A stretch of DNA of 64,000 nucleotides from an uncultured Acidobacteriota bacterium (GTDB lineage Bacteria > Acidobacteriota > Thermoanaerobaculia > Gp7-AA8 > CAVUJZ01), in the NCBI GenBank assembly GCA_963741905.1, contig CAVUJZ010000006.1, positions 20,151 through 84,150 on the forward strand, in the 5' to 3' direction. Below the pieces are notes generated by a model. The model saw only the letters and a program-made list of their open reading frames with translations, ran no database searches and was not told the DNA's origin. Position 1 is the stretch's first letter; the number at the start of each line of letters is the position of its first letter. The position numbers and the translations under genes were made by a program. This document shows positions 63,371 through 64,000 of the stretch, piece by piece.

Positions 63371-64000
63371 ATGATCCCAATCCGCGGCGCCATCGCCGCC
63401 TTCCTGATGCTGATCACCCTTGCTCCGCTGACTGCCCTGGCTGACAACGGCAACCCGCGCGCAACTATTCTCTGCTACCACGTGGTCCATTCCCCCTCGG
63501 ACACTCCCTACGCCCTGCACCGAGCCCAGTTCCGCGAGCAGATGGAGTACCTCAAGGATGCGGGTTATACCGTGATCTCGCTCGACGAGCTCTACGACTA
63601 CGTCACCGGGGCCCGCGAATCCATCCCGGACAATTCCGTGGTCATCACCGTGGACGATGGTTGGCTCTGCACCTACACCGAGATCTTCCCGGTGATGAAA
63701 GAGATGGGCTTTCCGTTCACCATCTTCGTCTATCCGAAGTTCGTGATCGGAGGAGACTACGCCCTGACCTGGGACATGATCCGGGAAATGGCCGCCAGCG
63801 GCGTGGATGTGGAGAGTCATACGATGTCGCATCATTTCCTGGCGCGACGACGGCACCGTTCTCTCGGATCGGTTGCGTACGGACAATGGCTCCGCACCGA
63901 GTTGGCGGAGAGCCGGAAGACCATCGCCCGCGAGACCGGACAGGAGGTGCGTTTTCTCGCGTACCCCTACGGCAGTTTCGATCAGGCGGTCGAACAGGCC
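63371..64000 (+). CDS. Polysaccharide deacetylase (NodB-homology domain), secreted. Partial at the window edge.
   Basis: Signal peptide. ITVDDGW (TFDDG motif) and HTMSHHFL (His motif). Confidence 0.75.
   Translation, partial: MIPIRGAIAAFLMLITLAPLTALADNGNPRATILCYHVVHSPSDTPYALHRAQFREQMEYLKDAGYTVISLDELYDYVTGARESIPDNSVVITVDDGWLCTYTEIFPVMKEMGFPFTIFVYPKFVIGGDYALTWDMIREMAASGVDVESHTMSHHFLARRRHRSLGSVAYGQWLRTELAESRKTIARETGQEVRFLAYPYGSFDQAVEQA

Overview
High-GC (~65-70%) bacterial chromosomal window with mostly housekeeping genes, heavily interspersed with at least five non-coding repeat families and one candidate REP-associated tyrosine transposase. A caveat applies throughout: at least seven conserved genes are broken by short indels, several in G/C homopolymer runs, so sequence error is more likely than pseudogenisation.

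Genes supported by sequence, in order:
- RND efflux permease (frameshifted).
- tRNA-Ala(CGC), with a 162-bp tandem array abutting its 3' end.
- REC-GGDEF-EAL response regulator (frameshifted).
- Phosphohexomutase.
- ftsY (multiply frameshifted), followed by a small thioredoxin-like [2Fe-2S] ferredoxin.
- Minus-strand run: VanZ, CheY-like receiver, a hypothetical membrane protein, and an atypical ClpX-family ATPase.
- addB, addA, acpH, a TonB-family protein, a MarC-family protein, and an MBL-fold hydrolase.
- A secreted beta-helix/DUF11 protein ending in an IPTL-CTERM-like sorting signal.
- A DUF2911 protein, an SSS transporter with a small upstream membrane ORF, and a PIG-L deacetylase.
- Three paralogous secreted matrixin-like metalloprotease genes with C-terminal Ig-like repeats: A frameshifted, B intact, C decayed and lower-GC. 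A and C are divergently paired with OmpW-family genes. Each is followed by a tandem DNA array.
- A candidate RAYT (IS200-like Y1 transposase) gene flanked by inverted REP copies and a 231-bp x 8 array that re-copies the 3' end of protease B.
- A BFD-like protein, an OmpA-family coiled-coil protein, an aldehyde dehydrogenase, a crotonase, phosphofructokinase, and a GlsB/YeaQ/YmgE-family protein.
- A SAM methyltransferase, 3-hydroxyacyl-CoA dehydrogenase, a Cys/Met-metabolism PLP enzyme, bacterioferritin, a cation/H+ antiporter, a TPR protein, and a partial polysaccharide deacetylase.

Repeat families:
- A ~170-bp REPIN-like long-hairpin element at 8 loci (tandem x3, x4, x2, plus single copies).
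- 162-bp x 7 next to tRNA-Ala.
- ~140/110-bp alternating units x ~15 over 2.1 kb.
- ~160/100-bp units x ~12 over 2.5 kb.
- 231-bp x 8 next to the RAYT.
- (GAGGTGR)n and (GGAGTTCT)n satellites.
- GCCCCGAAGGGGC hairpins.

None of the arrays are CRISPR.
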